Source of the DNA: an uncultured Clostridium sp.
GTDB taxonomy: Bacteria > Bacillota > Clostridia > TANB77 > CAG-508
DNA: 64,000 nt
NCBI GenBank assembly: GCA_946497695.1
Contig: CAMMLJ010000003.1
Span: 19,310-83,309, forward strand
Direction of reading: 5' to 3'
Under the pieces are notes generated by a model, which ran no database searches, was not told the DNA's origin, and was given only the letters and a program-made list of their open reading frames with translations. Both the position numbers and the translations under genes were made by a program. Shown here piece after piece: positions 63,701-64,000 of this stretch (position 1 is the first letter of the stretch; each line of letters starts with the position of its first letter).

Positions 63701-63930
63701 TTTATAGCATCTATATCACTATCTGTGAGTCCTAATGTAGACATTATTTGTATATCATATACATTCTGCTCTTTATAGTACTTGTCTATGGTATCTACCA
63801 TGTCTGGAGATGTAGCTCTTAAGCCTGCAAAAAAGCCTACTCCTAATAGTGCTATAAGCAAAATAGAAATAAATCTTTTGTATGATGTTTTTATTTCTTT
63901 AAAACTATTTTTAAGTAGTGCTTTTTTCAT
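60718..63930 (-). CDS. FtsX-like ABC transporter permease with long coiled coil
   Basis: RFISILL, SPLY, MTRMVEE.R.ELGTLKSLGY, ER.KELATIKVLGF. Confidence 0.93.
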   Translation of the reverse strand: MKKALLKNSFKEIKTSYKRFISILLIALLGVGFFAGLRATSPDMVDTIDKYYKEQNVYDIQIMSTLGLTDSDIDAIKNIENVENVYGTYSEDILVKVNNKELVSKILTIEDINKPRLIEGSMPSNANECLVEPSFLTTANKNIGDTITLEANEENELLKELTLKIVGTAESPLYISRERGTTSLGSGTINNFIYVSRANIESDVYTEIYVTLKDTAKYTTTSNKYEDYVEETKEKIEEIRAERETARYNELIDEANTEIKKAEDEFKTQKADGEKQIADAEAKIEDGKKQITAGENEIKSNEEKANKEFASAEKKIQSAKAEIEKNEKTLEEQKQNAQTQIDEANTKKAELTSTLQTVNQSLEQVTQAYNDVLNKLNDSSLSEEEKITLTVKKQALETQKTELETSKMQLQAGITEIENKVNSANNTISDAQAKIESAKAEVSKQEKTLASTKKKTETQLSNAKAELETSKQELQTAEAELTTQKEEFNTKIADAETELIDAKEKVNEIESAEWYILDRNQNSGYVSFKQDTQSVDSLSIVFPIVFFAIAILVSLTSMTRMVEEDRTELGTLKSLGYNKAQIMFKYILYSSLACIIGGVIGIIIGLQLIPRVIWMMYSMMYTIPEFVVGLNSEHSSSGLALIYICIVGATIYAAARDLKEKPANLLRPKAPKLGKRVLLERVKFIWKRLNFSQKVTIRNIFRYKKRFLMTIIGIFGCTSLILTGFGIKNSISTILPNQYEKVFLYDFQVSMKSSLTDDERQSVITEIQNTENVDNIVETYMVADTANHNEYSEDLQVVVPSNAEELKNVITINDLANKKEEVSLSSDGVILTDKLAQLLDVKVGDTITLEGTSEENKEVKVSDITENYIAHYIYMTKDMYESLYGEAYNTNVLLVRAENLSEEAQEELSKKLLDGGKVSTVSLNLNAEKTLDDTISSLNYVVVILIVSAGLLAFVVLYNLSNINTSERQKELATIKVLGFYDKEVYTYVTRETVLLTIIGIALGLIGGYFLNYFIIGTCEINMLRFAKVIHPLSYLYAILITVAFTIIVNVITYFALKKIDMISSLKSVE

Positions 63931-63945
63931 ATCTCCACCTCCTTA

Positions 63946-64000
63946 CTACCATTCTATCTCCTCGATTGGTGTTGGATTCTCATTTATTATCATATCTTCT
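63946..64000 (-). CDS. C-terminus of cognate ABC ATP-binding protein (partial)
   Basis: ...NENPTPIEEIEW* is typical of the ATPase preceding this permease type. Confidence 0.7.
   Translation of the reverse strand, partial: EDMIINENPTPIEEIEW

Overview
AT-rich chromosomal segment from a spore-forming Clostridia-like Firmicute. The lineage is inferred from spoIVA, gerABC, sufCDSUB, ylxM-ffh-rpsP-khpA-rimM-trmD-rplS and cdaA. Most genes are housekeeping genes on the minus strand. The strongest signal is at 18.6-19.6 kb. There a sigma-A-driven tRNA-Ile2(CAT)/tRNA-Tyr(GTA) operon has its tRNA-Tyr split inside the anticodon (GT^A, position 35/36) by a compact, ORF-less 223-nt group I intron. A free-standing I-Ssp6803I-like PD-(D/E)XK endonuclease gene follows immediately outside the intron, so this is a candidate intron/endonuclease collaborative-homing module. 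The second signal is a dispersed ~29-bp palindromic REP-like family with core GGGATTTGGGGACGTTCCTT (12 full copies including one covariant variant). It has two end-types, usually sits just after stop codons, and is often preceded by stacked decayed copies. Also seen: six GC-richer orphan genes that look like stand-alone cassettes, an L27 with no N-terminal extension and no prp between rplU and rpmA, an NrdD without an ATP-cone, a split GlmU replacement, and several small ORFs missed by the ORF track. All family calls come from motif recognition by eye; no database searches were run.
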